DNA of 64,000 nt from Psammoneis japonica (taxonomy: Eukaryota), in contig QPGO01000159.1 in NCBI GenBank assembly GCA_008632985.1, positions 1 through 64,000 of the forward strand, read 5' to 3'. Below are positions 1 to 13,800 of the stretch, in pieces. Positions within the stretch are counted from its first letter, which is position 1; each line of letters begins with the position of its first letter. The notes under the pieces are model-generated. The model made no database searches, had not been told where the DNA came from, and saw only the letters and a list, made by a program, of their open reading frames with translations. The position numbers and the translations under genes are program-made.

Positions 1-742
1 TACAATCTCCCACAATGAAGGAAACATGAGGCTGGGAGGCATTGGAGACTGAAGTGAAAACTTTCCCTGGATGACATTTGCAGCACTGATGGAAAACATT
101 TCATCCTTTGGCAACTCAACATCTGTTGCAATTGACACCTGTGAATCCTGATTAAGCTCAGCATTTCTTTTGGCTCCAATGAAGTTTGACAAAGTGGCCA
201 AAAAATGGTCAAGAAAGACCTGAAGTGCACAACACAACATTGGAAAAAGAATTGCTCTAAGACACAAACTGACAAAATGTTTTGCAGAAAAATGAAAAAG
301 CAGGCAGTGAGCCACATTTTGACACACCTCAGCATTTGTGAAATGAAGTTGCTCTTCCTCTTTCAAGCTTTGCAGATGATCTTTGGTGGACCCATTGACA
401 ACATATCTGGGTGGGTTGTACACATTGAACTGATGAAACATGTTCTGAAACTTTTTGGCAACTTTGTCATTGTATTCATCTACTTTTCTTGCTGCCTCAA
501 TTGCTGCTGAGTCTACAACAGTGTTGAATTCTTCCCAAACAAGCAAAAGCTCTCTCCAAATGGGCTCCAGGGATGGCATTGGACTGTCATTAAAGCTGAT
601 GTCAAACTGAAGAGGCTTGTACACTCCAGCTGCTGGCAATGCAAGAACATCTATTTGAAACACCTCTGGCAAAGCACTCATGGGAATGTTTGCAAGCCGT
701 GCAATGTCTTTTCCCCCTGAGTTGCAGACAGGTGCTGAAGTG

Positions 743-2233
743 TTAAGAAGTGTGCAATGGTGACTTGAAAGCATTTCTGCACATGACAAAAACTTGCTCA
801 CCTTGCACAGTTCGAGCCAAAAGATTTGTGCGCCTGTCAATCTCATCAACCAACTGAGTTATGCTCAATTTAAACCTTTCTTGAGCTTTTGCAATCACTT
901 GAAGCCTGTTGTTCAAAGGTTCAACAATGTGTTCATGCAAAAGGCTTTCCACACTGATGGAAACCCCAGCACAGCAGCTGGGACAGTTGTGATCAGGGTG
1001 GTGGTCATCTGATTTCAGCTGCTTTGATGAGCTGCCAGTCAAACAAGCAAAAAGAGTGTGAAACTCAATCTGCAATTCATTGAAGATTTCTGAAACATTG
1101 ACTGTTGCTTGCATGCTGACAAATGAGTCAAACTCTCCATAAGTAAAAAGTTTCAGATTCTTGAAATAGTCAATGTCATAGGCTCCTCTCTCAACCACAT
1201 ACTCAACAATGTGGCTCAGTGTGTTTTGGCTGCTTTCAACATATTTTCTCAAAGCAGAAAACATTTGAACTTTTTCTTGATTGGATTGTTCCTGAGCAGA
1301 CTGGTGTGTCACCTGTTGCTTCAAAAGCAGAGATTGCTGTGCAAGGGCAGCTTGGTCATAATTGGTGCATGTGGTGTTCTTGATCAACAATGGTTGAAAG
1401 GGATCACTTTGAAAAGAGCTCCCTTTTAGTTCATACAATTTCAAGAGAGCAGAAGTTGCCATTGCCATAAACTCAGTGCAGCTTTTCTGTTTTGTTTGCA
1501 ATTCATGCAGAAACTTCTTGTTCTTCTCTTGTGCAAACAACACCCTCTCTTTCTCCTTCAATCTACTGTTGTGAATGTTGTTCTTACAATGTTTCACCTG
1601 CATATTGATGCAGTGTGCAAAAGATTCACTTTCTTGCTTCAATGCACTCAATGATCCTGTGTAAACTTCTTTCTTGAAAGCCTCCCCAGTGGTTGTTGAG
1701 AGAGGAGAGCTGATGACAAATGACACAATGAAAGATGACATTCTCCAACTGGAAAACCACATTAAGACCACAGCAATGACAACCACCTTCATTCTGTTTT
1801 GAAGGAAGTGATGGGAATGTCTCTTCCTCTCTGCAGAAATTTTGGAAGCTTTGGTTTGATGCCATTGTTTGTCATTTCTCATGCCTCTGACAGAGCCAGA
1901 ACCCATTCCATCAGAAAGAACAGGTTGTTTGCCTGAACCAATGTTGACAGACAATTCAGCACTGTCTGAAAAAAGGCCATGAACAGATGCCAATGCTGGC
2001 ATGCTGCTCCATGTGCTGCTGGTGCCATTATTGGTGTGGCAGTTTCTTCTTGTCCTTCTTGGAGCATCCATGACCTTTTTTGTGATGTAAGCAGAGCCAT
2101 TGTCCCTTGCATCACATGGAACAGAAAAGCAATTGCAGTTTCTGCCTGAGGAAAGATGCTGCTCTTCATTGTGCCAGGTGTCACAGTTGTGACAGGAGGA
2201 GCAGAGCATTGCTGTGGGAAGTGGCTGACACAA
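743..2233 (-). pseudogene. Decayed gene of unknown function: hydrophobic segment followed by a coiled-coil-like region; probably continues toward position 1
   Basis: 496-codon ORF with VVVIAVVLMWFSSWRMSSFIVSFVIS and Q/E/K/L-rich helices. The DNA is nearly devoid of CG and poor in TA, so part of the ORF length may reflect stop-codon loss. Confidence 0.4.
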
Positions 2234-2397
2234 AAGAACAGGATGAAAAAAGCCAATGTGCTTGTTCTTCTAAGAAGATGCAAAGAATGTGACATCTGCA
2301 TGTTGTCTTCTGAAAGTCGTGATGAGGGTGATGTTTGTTTCTGAATGGTTTCATGGTAGTTTCTGCTTTTAATTAAAAAATGTTCATCACAATGACG

Positions 2398-2777
2398 TGC
2401 AGCATGCGTTGTAAAGTAGACGAAATTAAAGATATAGATACTTAAATATTATTATATATGTCAATCGTACGACAATCTTGGATGCGTACGACGGTAAGAG
2501 CGATCACACAGAATTGATCGGAAGTCTAAAATTGCAAATACAATCGATAGACGATGGTGACACACAAGATGTCAACATTGATCGTATCCGGACAATCTGT
2601 TGTCATGATTAGATTCTCCAAAAGGCCTTTGCTCCTACAGGAGTAGCACAATAGCTTTGCGCCATTGAGAACTTCTTCGGAGAATCCCAATGTCGTAGTG
2701 TAAAATCCAATCTCATAATTTTCACTTTTCATGATTTATTCAACTTTCGTTTATACTCAGTCTTCAATCACAGTGCA
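2398..2777 (+). mobile_element. Solo LTR related to the Gypsy-B family (diverged subfamily)
   Basis: Reverse-complement similarity to the LTRs at 8371-8737 and 14566-14932 (e.g. atcgtatccggacaatctgttgtca, tctcataattttcacttttcat). TGCA...TGCA termini; flanks GACG (2394-2397) and GATG (2778-2781) are a 4-bp TSD with one CpG decay. Confidence 0.85.
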
Positions 2778-3181
2778 GATGATGACTCTAGTGTTGCTAT
2801 TAGCATCATTTCTGTAGGTAGAAACAGTGCCACACTCTGCGCAAAAACTTCGATGGCGAAACCAAAAAAATGCACAGGTTCAGGCACAAAAACCATGACA
2901 CCGGATGTGACGTTTTTACAGCCATCAAGCACATTCTACACAGAAAGGTGTGGTGCTGGCACAGGCAATGACAATGTCTATGCATGCCCAAAACACACAC
3001 AAAGAATGTCAACACTGAACCAAGGATGTGCATGATGCAAACCGCATGAGCTCAAAATGTGAACTTCAATGAAGTGCAGAGGACAGACCATGTCTCACAA
3101 CATCTTGTTGAGGTGCACATCACTTGAGCACATAAATGTTGTTGCAGGCTAGTGCAAAAGCAATTCCTGTGGTCTAAAACC

Positions 3182-3627
3182 AGAATTGTGGTTCACACAA
3201 AACACGAAACAGAACTCCTCAATTTTCACCTTTCACGATCATCTTTCTTTCTTCTTGTTCACACAACATGTTCTCTGTCATTCCACACACCCATCTGTGT
3301 TCTTCCATCCAGTCTGTTCTTGAGGCAGGACTGGTCTGGGTTAGACTTCAACCCACGCAGAGTTTGGCCATAAGAAGTTGCTTCTCTGAATGGCTGCAAA
3401 ACTTGCTGAGACAACTTTAGTGTAAGAAAAGAATTGTGGTTCACACAAAACCCCAAACAGAACTCATCAATTATCACCTTTCACAATCATCTTCTTTTCT
3501 TTTTTCTTGTTCACACAACATGTTCTCTCTGTCATTCCACATGCCCATCTGCGTTCTTCCATCCAGTCTGTTCTTCAGGTAGCACTGGTCTGGGTTGGAC
3601 TTCATCCCAAACAGAGTTTGGCCATAA
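3182..3627. repeat. Imperfect direct duplication of a ~190-bp unit
   Basis: agaattgtggttcacacaaaac...gagtttggccataa at 3182-3373 and 3430-3627. The spacer contains tgcaaaacttgctgagacaact, which recurs almost exactly at 56521. Confidence 0.85.
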
Positions 3628-6600
3628 AAGCATTTTAGTCTATCGCACATAATTGTGTGTAATCTTAGCTCCTCGCATAACGTGCACAATGTAGTTTGCT
3701 TTTGAGCCACTTGGCTCACAAGAACAACAACAGTGGCACCGATGTCACGACACCAGTCTTTCAGCTCCTGCAACGGTCTCTGCACAGAGACTCATTTGCT
3801 GTTTAGACAGCAGTAAGGAGTTATTGTTTTCTACCACCCAGTCATCTCCAATTTTTGTCTGATTAACAGTCTTGCTCATTCTTACCCATTGAGCATTCAT
3901 CATCATCATTGAGAAAAATTTGAAGCATGTGCTTGCCTTCTTCACTGCTGGACATTGGATTGAATCTATATGTTTGGATCTATCCAAGACCTCACATCGC
4001 TGGGCACATTTATTCAACAGATGTTTGTTTGGTCAGGAATTCCCACATTCTCAGACATTTGAGATTCTGGATTCCCTAAAGCGGGTTCTACCCTGGTTGG
4101 CAGACAGACCAATCTGTCTGCACACGCTCACGCGCGCACGATACACTCCGACTGCCGTGACTGCTGCCCCATGTCTACCCCGGACTGCTGGTATTCTACA
4201 GTTCTACAAGGTCCACGAGGATGACTGTGAGAAGAAGCAGCTCGTGATTACAGCCTACATTGGTGTTCAGGGTGCATTTCCCACATTTGTTCGTTCCTCC
4301 ACAGCGCCAGTTTGGCCAGCCTGATCAGGTTATCCAACCGATGCAAAATAAGAATGGTTCAGGGGATTTGTCCACCTCTAGTTGGCTTGTCAGCAGGTGG
4401 CTTGTCAGCAGGGGTTTTTAACCTGTTACTCTGCTCTCAGGCAACCCAAAGTGTCAACAGCCACAGGTTCAGACGTGCCGGCACAACTCTACGGACCGGA
4501 TGGGAAGCTTGGCACACAACTACGAATGGGACAGCACAACCCGGCGGCTTCTGATTTGTGACATAGATCAAGATTCCAAGTCAAGTTTCAAGTCAAGTTT
4601 CAAGTTAAGTCAAGTTCAACCTCAAGTTCAACCTCTGGTCCAAGCACTGACACTCTCTTCAGTTGCACCATGGTCCTCACCCGACAGCAACAAATCAATG
4701 GCTTTGAGCACATCCTGGGCACTGTCCTGAACCAAGCTGTGGACAGTCCTTTGTACTCTGCCCTTGACATTGATGGGACTGACTCTTACCAGGATCTCTT
4801 CATGTTTGCTCTGGATCAACTTGACACCCTAGTTTACAATGATGGCACCAACCAACTTCCATTGCCACAAGGACACAAAGCACTCATAGTGGTGTTGATT
4901 GGTTTTTACACTGTAAAAGTGCATGCCAGCGCTGATGTTAGCAATGACCCCACTTTGTTCATGCTTGAAAAATTCACTGACTTTTGTCTTAGTCCCAAAT
5001 GTGCAGTGTCACTCTCCATGGGCTCTGCACCATCTGCCCCCACTCCTGGCTTGTTTCCTCCCAAACCATGTGACCCAGTGTGTGACTTCAAATGAGGCAT
5101 CAAACGTGACCCACTCACCTTTCCGTCTCTCAAGTCTGACAAGCAGTGGCACAGGTGGAACACCTCCATTGTTGTGCAAGCCCACTCTCAGGATGTCGAC
5201 AACATCCTTGACCCGAAGCACAAGCCCTCTGCAAATGAAGAGAAGGTTTTGTTTGAGGAACAACTGAAGCACATGTTTGCCATCTTTGAGTGCATTTTGC
5301 AAAGTGACAAAGGCAAGGCACTCCCCCTTGAGAACATGTTGACTCCTCTGATGCTCAAGGAGTGCTCAAGAAGCTCTCTGAGTGTGCGCCCTTGCATTTA
5401 CCCACACGGTGCTCAAGTTGTCAACCCTTCTCACCTGCCTTGCTGCTGCTTGTCTTGGTGATGGCACCTGGAAAGGCTCCACCCAGGCCTCCACACTCTA
5501 CTGGTGAGACCAACTTTGGAAGCATGAGGCTCCAATCCCAGACACAGATTGATTCTCTAAAGACCAGAAATGCATCATGCTGGAGAATGCCATCCACCCT
5601 GTCAAAGAACTTTGTTCCATCAAGAACCAAGCTGACCAGTGTCGCATGCAGCACGGCAAAAGCCTCACCTGCGAGCAACATTGTGGGCACCCACTTTCTG
5701 CGGCAGCGCAGTGTGACAGCACATTTGCACCCAAAACAGCCTCCCACACCCCACCTGAGCCAGCTGTGCTCATGACCTGGCACCTGATGACCCTGACAAT
5801 GATGTGGTTTTCGACATTGACAGTGATGTTGACATCATCCAGGCTTGTGCTTCTCAAACCCACAGTCCCTCTCTCACCAGGGAACAGTGGCGCCACATTC
5901 TGTGGGATCACCAGCACATCTAGGACAGCCTGCCTCAGTCCACCAAGGCCATCATCCTTGGATCACGCACTCCCCATTCCGGCAACTGTCATGAGTTGGA
6001 TGCTGTCAATCTCCACGACCTCCATCTCAGAAGCGATGGTGACGTCAATTTCCATGCCAATGCTCATGACATTGCCTTGCACACCGGGGCACCTGCTGAC
6101 ATGCATGACAGGACAGATGACAACCCCATCATGGCACACCTCATGAAGCACAAGCCTCTGCTGCCCAGCAATCTACAACATCTCCTGTTGTCTGACAAAC
6201 CTCCCTCCACTCGTTCTGGAGAGAAACCTCCTGGTTCAAAGCCCTCGCCTGCCAACACTGAGATCAATGGACACACTCATTGCCGTGTCAACAATCACAA
6301 CGTTGTCTGTTCTGCATCAACTCACAACTTGATACAAAAAAGAGCTTTGGTCAATCATGGTGCCAATGGTGGAATTGCTGGTGATGACGTTTGTGTCATC
6401 ACACACTGATGGGCAGGTTGATGTGCAAGGCATCAACAACCACCAACTCATCAACATTGCCATTGTCACTGCCGGTGGTGTCATCCACACACAACGTGGT
6501 CCCAGGATTGCCATCCTTCATCAGTGCGCTTGCACTGGCAAGGGCAAGACCATTCATTCTTGTGGCAAGCTCAAGTGGTGCAAGCACGATGTCAATGATC

Positions 6601-6906
6601 ACTCCATCACCAAGGTCCCCAATGGGCTGCAGCGCATTGCCACTGTTGATGGCTCCATCATTCCCAGCAACATCAAAGCTGGCTCACCTTACATTGCCAT
6701 GCACCCGCACACTGATGCCGAATGGGACAACCTGCCACACGTCATCCCCACTGGCAACAACACCTGGGATCCGTCCGCACTCGGCCACCAGTTCACTGAT
6801 GAAGAGACCTGGTAAGATGCCATGCTGCCATCTGGATGATTCCGACTGGCCATCCAAATCCCTCGAGTTACGTGGTTGCTTTGTTGGCATTGCCAAACAT
6901 GTGGGC
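3628..6906 (+). mobile_element. Truncated Ty1/Copia retrotransposon (family Copia-1, CoDi-like), copy 1
   Basis: Partial LTR to 3860 matches 30383-30627; the leader matches 21981-22810; gag starts MVLTRQQQ at 4670; protease-like ALVNHGANGGIAGDDV. Near 6820 it jumps into integrase sequence matching ~27800 (internal deletion) and is cut at 6906 by a CAGGG-type TIR end. Confidence 0.9.
4670..6815 (+). pseudogene. Copia gag-protease, frameshifted
   Basis: Consecutive ORF pieces 4670-5095, 5174-, 5577-, 5996-6409 and 6357-6815, homologous to the 22881-23825 ORF. Confidence 0.85.
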
Positions 6907-7080
6907 CAGGGACATGAATGTCCAGTCAGGCGAGATTGTGACTCCTGGCACAAAACAAATTGTACCTTTGCATTGATTTCTCCAAGGTTTATCCACACAT
7001 TTGCAGACGAACAAATGTCCAATGTTCACAATCAACATGGGCAATCCCTTTGACAGGCCAAAAGTGAGGGAAACAGCAAA
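6907..7080 (+). mobile_element. Isolated terminus of the CAGGG-type TIR element family
   Basis: cagggacatgaatgtccagtcag...gggcaatccctttgacaggccaaaagtgagggaaa matches the reverse complement of 10685-10848. Confidence 0.8.
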
Positions 7081-7094
7081 CAGAGGACGATAAA

Positions 7095-8370
7095 GCATGT
7101 CATGCGTGCAGCAATGGCACCCCTTCTTGGGCACAGCAGCTCTTTGCTGCACCTCCCAAAGTGGCCTCCTGATCCTCCGCCATGGCCATCTTTCTTTTTA
7201 TGGCTCCTTTCCTTTGCCATTGTTGCCATTGCCATTGTCCCTTCCTTCTGTCTTTCTTTGAACCCTTCCTCCGCTCCTTTTTCCTGTGCATCGCTGCACC
7301 CTTTGTACCAGCCCTCCATTTCCACGATTGCGATCTGCCTGTTCCTTCTGCCTTGTCTGCTTTCCTTAACCAATCATTCATTCCTGGGAGTCTCTCCTCC
7401 TGTCCTTCCTGCTGCCCTTTCCCTGCTCATGACTCCTCCTGCTCCTTTGGCCATAATTCCTCCCTTGCTTTTCCACAGCCCTTCGCGTGTTCTATCTTGC
7501 CCCCTTTCCTCAACCAATCACTTGCGTTTGCCAGTCTTTCCTTTACTTTTCTCAACAAATCATTTACCTCTGTCAGTCTCTCCTTCTGTCCTTCCTGCTG
7601 CCTCTTTCCTGTCCATGACTCCCTTTGTGCTTTTGGACACAATTGCCTCCCTACAGTTCCATGTGCTTCCCCATGTCTGTCTGAATGCAATTGCCTACGT
7701 CATTCCTCTACCTGCCATCTCCCTGTCCTTCCACACAGCTTCGCAAATTGCTTTGCACGTTTACTCCTGCCCTGCCTCTCTTTGGCTATCTCTACACAAC
7801 TCCTGTGGGCCTCCCGCAGTCTTTGGCAATTTGCTCACAATAAAGCTCTCTGCAAATTATTGCCTTTTTCTCTTTCGCTTTCAGCCAGGACTACTTCCGC
7901 TTCCTCTCCTGCAGCCAACGTCAAGCTTCTGGTTCAGGTGCTTCATCCCACTGATGCCCCTGATGTGCCGGCTGTTGCTCTTGCCTCCAAGGTCATCCAT
8001 GACATCATTCTCAAGATGCTTCAACATCATCAAGAGCGTCTTTCTCCGCTTCTCTTTACACTCAACTCTGTTGTGCTCTCTGAAACCAAGAAACGCTCCT
8101 GCCCTCATCAAAATCAGTGGGCTTCTTACTTCCATGTTACCCTCTGCCTGGCAATGCCCACAGGTTCCATCTTCAACTTCCTTCCCTTCCACAGTCAAGT
8201 GCTTTCCTTCCTTCCTCAAAAGTGGCATCTCCATCCCACCTACCACTTTGCTGTGTTTCACTCCATTGGCACCTCCCCCATCTTTCTTTATCCCATTTCT
8301 TGCCAACCCCTGTTGTGGATAATCCTTGGGCTTGGTGTTGCACCTTTGTGGTTCCCGCTTGCAACTCCTT
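7095..8370 (+). pseudogene. 5' segment of a non-LTR retrotransposon (LINE)
   Basis: Strongly pyrimidine-rich plus strand. Joins 14937 once Gypsy-B1 (TSD CCTT) is removed, and that segment joins the RT at 30633. The left boundary is approximate. Confidence 0.6.
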
Positions 8371-9001
8371 TGCACTATGCTTGAAGAACGAGTATAAACG
8401 AAAGTAGAATCAAGTATGAAAAGTGAAAATTATGAGATTAAATTTTACTCTGTGATTTTTGGTTTCTCCGAACGAGTTCTCAATGGCCTAAAGCTTCTGT
8501 ACTGCTTCTACAGACAAAAGGCCTTTCGGAGAATATATTCGTGACAACAGATTGTCCGGATACGATTGCTATTGACACGTAAGATGTCAACATCGTCAAT
8601 CGATCGTATTTGCAATTTTCGACATCCGATCAACTCTGTGTGACCGTTCTGTCCTTTGTACGCATCCACGACTGTGTAACGATTGACCTATAAATTATAT
8701 ATAATTATAAATATGTATATAACAGTCGCATACTCCATTCGCCTCCCTAATTGCACATTAGAGTTATTCGTTAAGTGAAATAATTTGACGGACATTGACA
8801 TTGTCAATAATGTCTCCACGTTAACTGTATTGTGCCATTAGCAATGACTGTTGTTGTTTCATATAGGCCAGCATAGGGCCGTTTCACTTTCCAAATGTCT
8901 TTCAAGAGTATCATGGTTTGTCTCACGCTCTATGTGTATATATAAACATACTGTAGTATTGCGTCGAGCATTCTCTCTGACATTATTTGTTCATGTGGAC
9001 A

Positions 9002-10848
9002 CAAGGACCAATTGTCCTGGATGTGACACGCGCACGTGTCGGCTACAGGGAGCTTGGCGCCTTCGCGTTGATTTTAAGGTTTATCCACATATTAGTAGTC
9101 ATATAAACATATAATGTTAAAAATTAACACGGGCAATCCCTTTGATAGGCCAAAAGTGAGGGAAACTGAATCTCAAGCTCTCACGCACACCCACCGACAT
9201 GATGCCACACCACCTTCATTCCGCCGTTGTTCTCCTTCGTGATCCCGCTGTTGCTCTCCGTCGTGGTCATATGCCAATACGTTCACTTCTCTGTTGGATT
9301 ATTGTGAGCAAATGCATTTTGCAAATGCCATTTTGATTCCTCTTGCCACTCCATTTTGTTGCTTCTTGTGGCGTGTGAGTATTTGCCGAAAGTTTTTTGA
9401 ATGCCTGTCATTGTGTTGCTGTATTTCATTGCGTTTGATGCATCAAATTTTGCCATGCCCCTCATTGTAAGCGTCTTCCTTTTCTTCTTTTCAGTGGCTC
9501 ATTGAAACTCACATGTGTAAGAAACTCATGTGAAGGCAACTCAATCGACAACTCATAATTCATTGTGTGTGTGCATCACGTGATGCGTGTCTCCACGAGG
9601 TGTGCACCATTGTTAAACTTTTGGGTGCATCTACGACAAGCATTTTTACTTACCCTTGTTGTGTGGTTCATGCCATCAACGGTTCCGACTTGAGCAATGG
9701 TGTAGGTTCCTTCAGAAATGCCGCGTCGTGAAAGCAAATCCGAGTGAATGTCAGTTTCAATCTACGGGTGCTTCAATGCAAGGTTAAGCGAATGGCAGTT
9801 TCCATCTCTACAGGTACTTCGATTCTTACGATTCATGCTGTGGTGCGTGTGTGGCATCTTATTTTTGCAGTTCCCCATACAATGTAATTCTAACATTTTA
9901 TTTTAAGTAACAATGAATTTTTCATTTTCGTAGTTAACCGAAAAGTAATCACAAAATTCAAGAATCTATACTGTAGCTGTGTGTTTACACAGCTGCTCGT
10001 CCTGCTAAGTAGTGAAGGTTTTTCTCTACTCTACCTGTTCACCTCTACGGTAGTAGAGCTAGCTCTAGCTTAGCTCCGAGGCCAGTAGACTCATTCTCTT
10101 TACTGGCTACAGTAGAGATTGGAGCTCTCTCTAGAGTAGCTAGCTAGCTAGCTAGCTAGACCGAAAGGCAATCACAAAATTGAACAATCTATGACTGTGT
10201 GTTTATTCAGCTGCTATGTGGTAAAGGTTTTTCTCTACTCTACCTATTCGCCTCTTGTAGAGCTAGCTCTAGCTTAGCTCCGAGGCCAGTGGAATCATTC
10301 TCTTTGCTAGCTAGAGATTGGAGCTCTCTCCAGAGTAGCCAGCTAGCTTCTCTCCACTGGAGCAGAAGCTAGAGTAGAGGGTCAAGCGAGCTTCTTCAGT
10401 TTTCCACTGAACGTTCTAAACCCTGCAGATTTTTCATGAGCTCGCGGGGTCAAAGGTAAATTGGCACATGGTTGCTCGGCCCAAATGTCACCGCCGCCGA
10501 GACACCGTGCAGTACATCTGAAGCTTGAATCTTGTTTTCTGGCATTGAGCATCTCCACATATGCAAGTAAAATGATCAGTCGTGGTTGCTACATAGTTGG
10601 TCGGGGCAAGAAGTGCTTGTCTTTTCTCATAAGATGTGCACTTTGTGTTGGCGCCGCGTCAGAGCGTGTTGTTTGATTTTTTGTTTTCCCTCACTTTTGG
10701 CCTATCAAAGGGATTGCCCATGTTAATTTTTTAACATTATATGTTTATATGTCTACTGGTATGTGGATAAACCTTAAAATCAACGCGAAGGCGCCATTTG
10801 TTTTGTACCGCGTGTCACATCCCGTCTGACTGGACATTTATGTCCCTG
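9002..10848. mobile_element. Non-autonomous TIR DNA element (hAT-like CAGGG terminus) inside Gypsy-B1
   Basis: ~110-bp near-perfect inverted repeats at ~9057-9167 and ~10685-10796; termini caaggac.../...gtccctg; no TSD found. Confidence 0.7.
9938..10350. repeat. Two tandem ~200-bp units rich in AGCT/TAGC
   Basis: Units begin at 9938 and 10161 (ccgaaa(a/g)g(t/c)aatcacaaaatt); (TAGC)n run at ~10137-10159; the same array recurs at 54259-54640. Confidence 0.85.
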
Positions 10849-13800
10849 CTGTTCTTTCATGGTATTGATTGTACATAGCATTTACTCGATGTACGCTCTT
10901 GCTTATGGCGTTCACTTACTTGTGGATTTCGTGTAGTTTGGCGGGCTTACTTTATGTGCCATGTTGCTCTGCTGCACTACCACGTTTCATAAGTAGTAAT
11001 TAACGATGGTCAAGGATATTTTCTAACCATTTCGTCTTGATAATCCTGTGACAATGATGGTTATGAATTCCATTGTGGATTTTTTGTACTTCAACCATCT
11101 ATCAGTTGGATTTTAATCGTTCTTTGGACGTTTCTTTTGACATACCAGTGTTATTTTGTCATTCCGAAGGCACTGCTTTTGTGCCCTAAGTGGATAAATG
11201 TCCATTTTTCTTTTCTTTTTCTGAATCTTTGGCACATCTCGTGTGTCGACATGCACAAGTTATTTCTGTCTTGCCTCGTACATTGTACAATACAACCGTA
11301 CGGGTGTTGTGAGATTGTCTTTTGCCAGTGTGAAGTGGATACATACTGCATAATCATATGCCAATCTGTCACAGAGTTTTTTTCTAACCGTCCTTTAATA
11401 AGGCGATTTTATCCTTGTGACATGAGCATTTTTCGATCTCGCTCGCCTCCACGAAAAGTGTTCGTATGATATGTCGCGTCCGACAATTTGGAGGGAGTGT
11501 CTTTATCCCGTTTTAACGGTAGGACATTGTCGTAGGATTCAATTTTCTATAGTAAGTCGGCTGATCGCGTCTATCGCGACGACATTCGCCTTGCCCTCTA
11601 TGTATTTATTCTTGACTGAAGTATTCTATTGTAAGTTGCCAACGTATGACTTTGTCCGTTGTGTCTTATGATCTGTATATATATGAATCTGTTGGCCGAA
11701 CAGTATATTTTGGAATTTTATAAGTGTTTTCACTATGGACAAAAGTTTCTTTTTTATTGTAACGTATAAGTTGAAATACGTGTATGATAACAATATAGTT
11801 TTTGATTTGATACGTTCCATATTTTCGGAGACTTTTCGTTCCGTACTTGTACTTTTGCCGTTTGACCTTTATTGAGGTGAATTTGGCTAGTATTGTACAG
11901 GAGATCGTTGAGACTACATGTCTCGATAGTAGTAACGTATAACGACGAGATGCCGTAGTGTTCTTTACGTTTTTCTGGTGTTGCGATTGCTTGAATCGCC
12001 TCCATTTCCTTTGTGATCGATTGCATATCGTTACGTATGGAAGTCTTGATAGTTTATTTCAAGTTAAATAGTGAAGGACCTTTGTTGTTAACCTTCAAAG
12101 TGACTGTTCTAGTCATTTGAATGCTGTGTTAAGCTGTTACTTGTACAGGTGATATTTTGAAGTCACTTTTTGTCAGGCACAAACGATCATATATAGTCGT
12201 TCTGACAACTTCAAACCTGTTATGAGTTTACTCATGTTTTGTATAAAAATATCTGGGGCTCTATAGCTTCTCATAGGAAGTCCATAGCACTTATTTTCTC
12301 CCCACGGCATGATTTACGTGTTGGCACGACGTGTGTTTTTTTTAATTGGACATGACATTGTACATGTTCAAATTGAATGAGGTCGCATATATGAAACTTT
12401 CTAGTTTCTAAAGCATGTCCTGAATATTTGGTAGAGGATATGGTGTATGTACTGGCCTCTTATTTAGTTCACAAAAGTCGGACAGAAACCGAGCTTTGAC
12501 CATTTTTCTATTTTTTTAAAGGTTGGAGCTGTCCATTCAGAATAGTTTGTTTTTCTTTTAGGACTTTTAGTTTACAAAGCCTTTCCATCTACTAACGAGT
12601 CGCCTCCAAGGCTTGTGGAAACAAGAAACCTTTCACGTGATGCGGTTTCGAGCCAGATTTCACTGCAAGGTTTTTCCGGTCCACTCGCCTAGAGAACCAT
12701 CGAAAAGAGATTTAAATCTTTTCAAAGGGAAGATCAATTGCTTCTGCTCCTCTGGAGTCAGATGAGTTGCCGCAGCTGTCACATCATTGAGATTAGAAGC
12801 GTGATAATGTGAGATGAGGACCATTGGTTCCATTATTAACTCTATTCACGGTGTCATGTTTTTCAATGTGATCGGCATTCAGCTGGAAACATCGGCTTCG
12901 AAGAGTGGATCAACATTCTTCATAGATGCAGTTGCTTCTTCCTCTTTGATTTCTTCATTTGCACAGTCCAATGTGATTTCAAGACTGGACATTAAGTCGC
13001 ATCTCATGATCATATCATATTGACCTGAAGAACATTTGTAATGTCAACATGTGCTGTTTTAACATCAGCATGTCTTAAATTTGCATAGTGAGAAACTGAA
13101 TTCGGTGTTTACTATCAGTCATAAAGAGCTCACCCTTGGTTTCCCAAGTTTATGGTGGTGGATTCTTGTGTTCTCAACTTTCGCATGAATTTGCGCAAAA
13201 TTATGGTTGACGATGTTCCGCTGTCGACAGGAACACGTAGATTCTTATTTTTCTCCTTCCCCAAGGAAGCATTCATATAAATGATGACTCCTGGACTAGC
13301 ATGAATTATTTCTGCCTTTTTTCTAGGCTTCCTAATATCCAGCAGGGCACATAATTTGTGAATAGACCAAAATTATCCTTCGGATTCACTCTGGATCATC
13401 CGATCAAATTGGTAATTTTCTTCACTGAGGGTGTCAGACAGAATCCGATTCTTTGCCCTTATGCTCTTTTTCTTTGTTGGAGGAACTCGCTTTGAGTGTT
13501 TTTTTTTGAACCGCCTGATCAATCATGACGTTCAACTCTTTTTTGCGAGCGGCATTTTTGTTATCGCGACGCCACGTGCGATTGCCATTTGAACGGCGCC
13601 GTTTCGGATCACGCTCAATGTGTCCACGGCATTCTTTCGCTAGTTTCTTAATCGACCAGCATTTGTCCGTGTTGTGAGTGGATTTTTCGCATAAAACGCA
13701 CCACTTCTCGGACTGGGAATTTTTGGTACCATGTTGGTGACCATTTTTGGAACCAAATTTGGAAGCATTTTGGATTTGGAATCAACTTTGCTGTCAGCGC

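Noticed and set aside
7102..8384. Two overlapping ~400-aa ORFs as real genes
   Set aside because: Low-complexity L/S/P/C/F translations of pyrimidine-rich, TA-depleted LINE sequence
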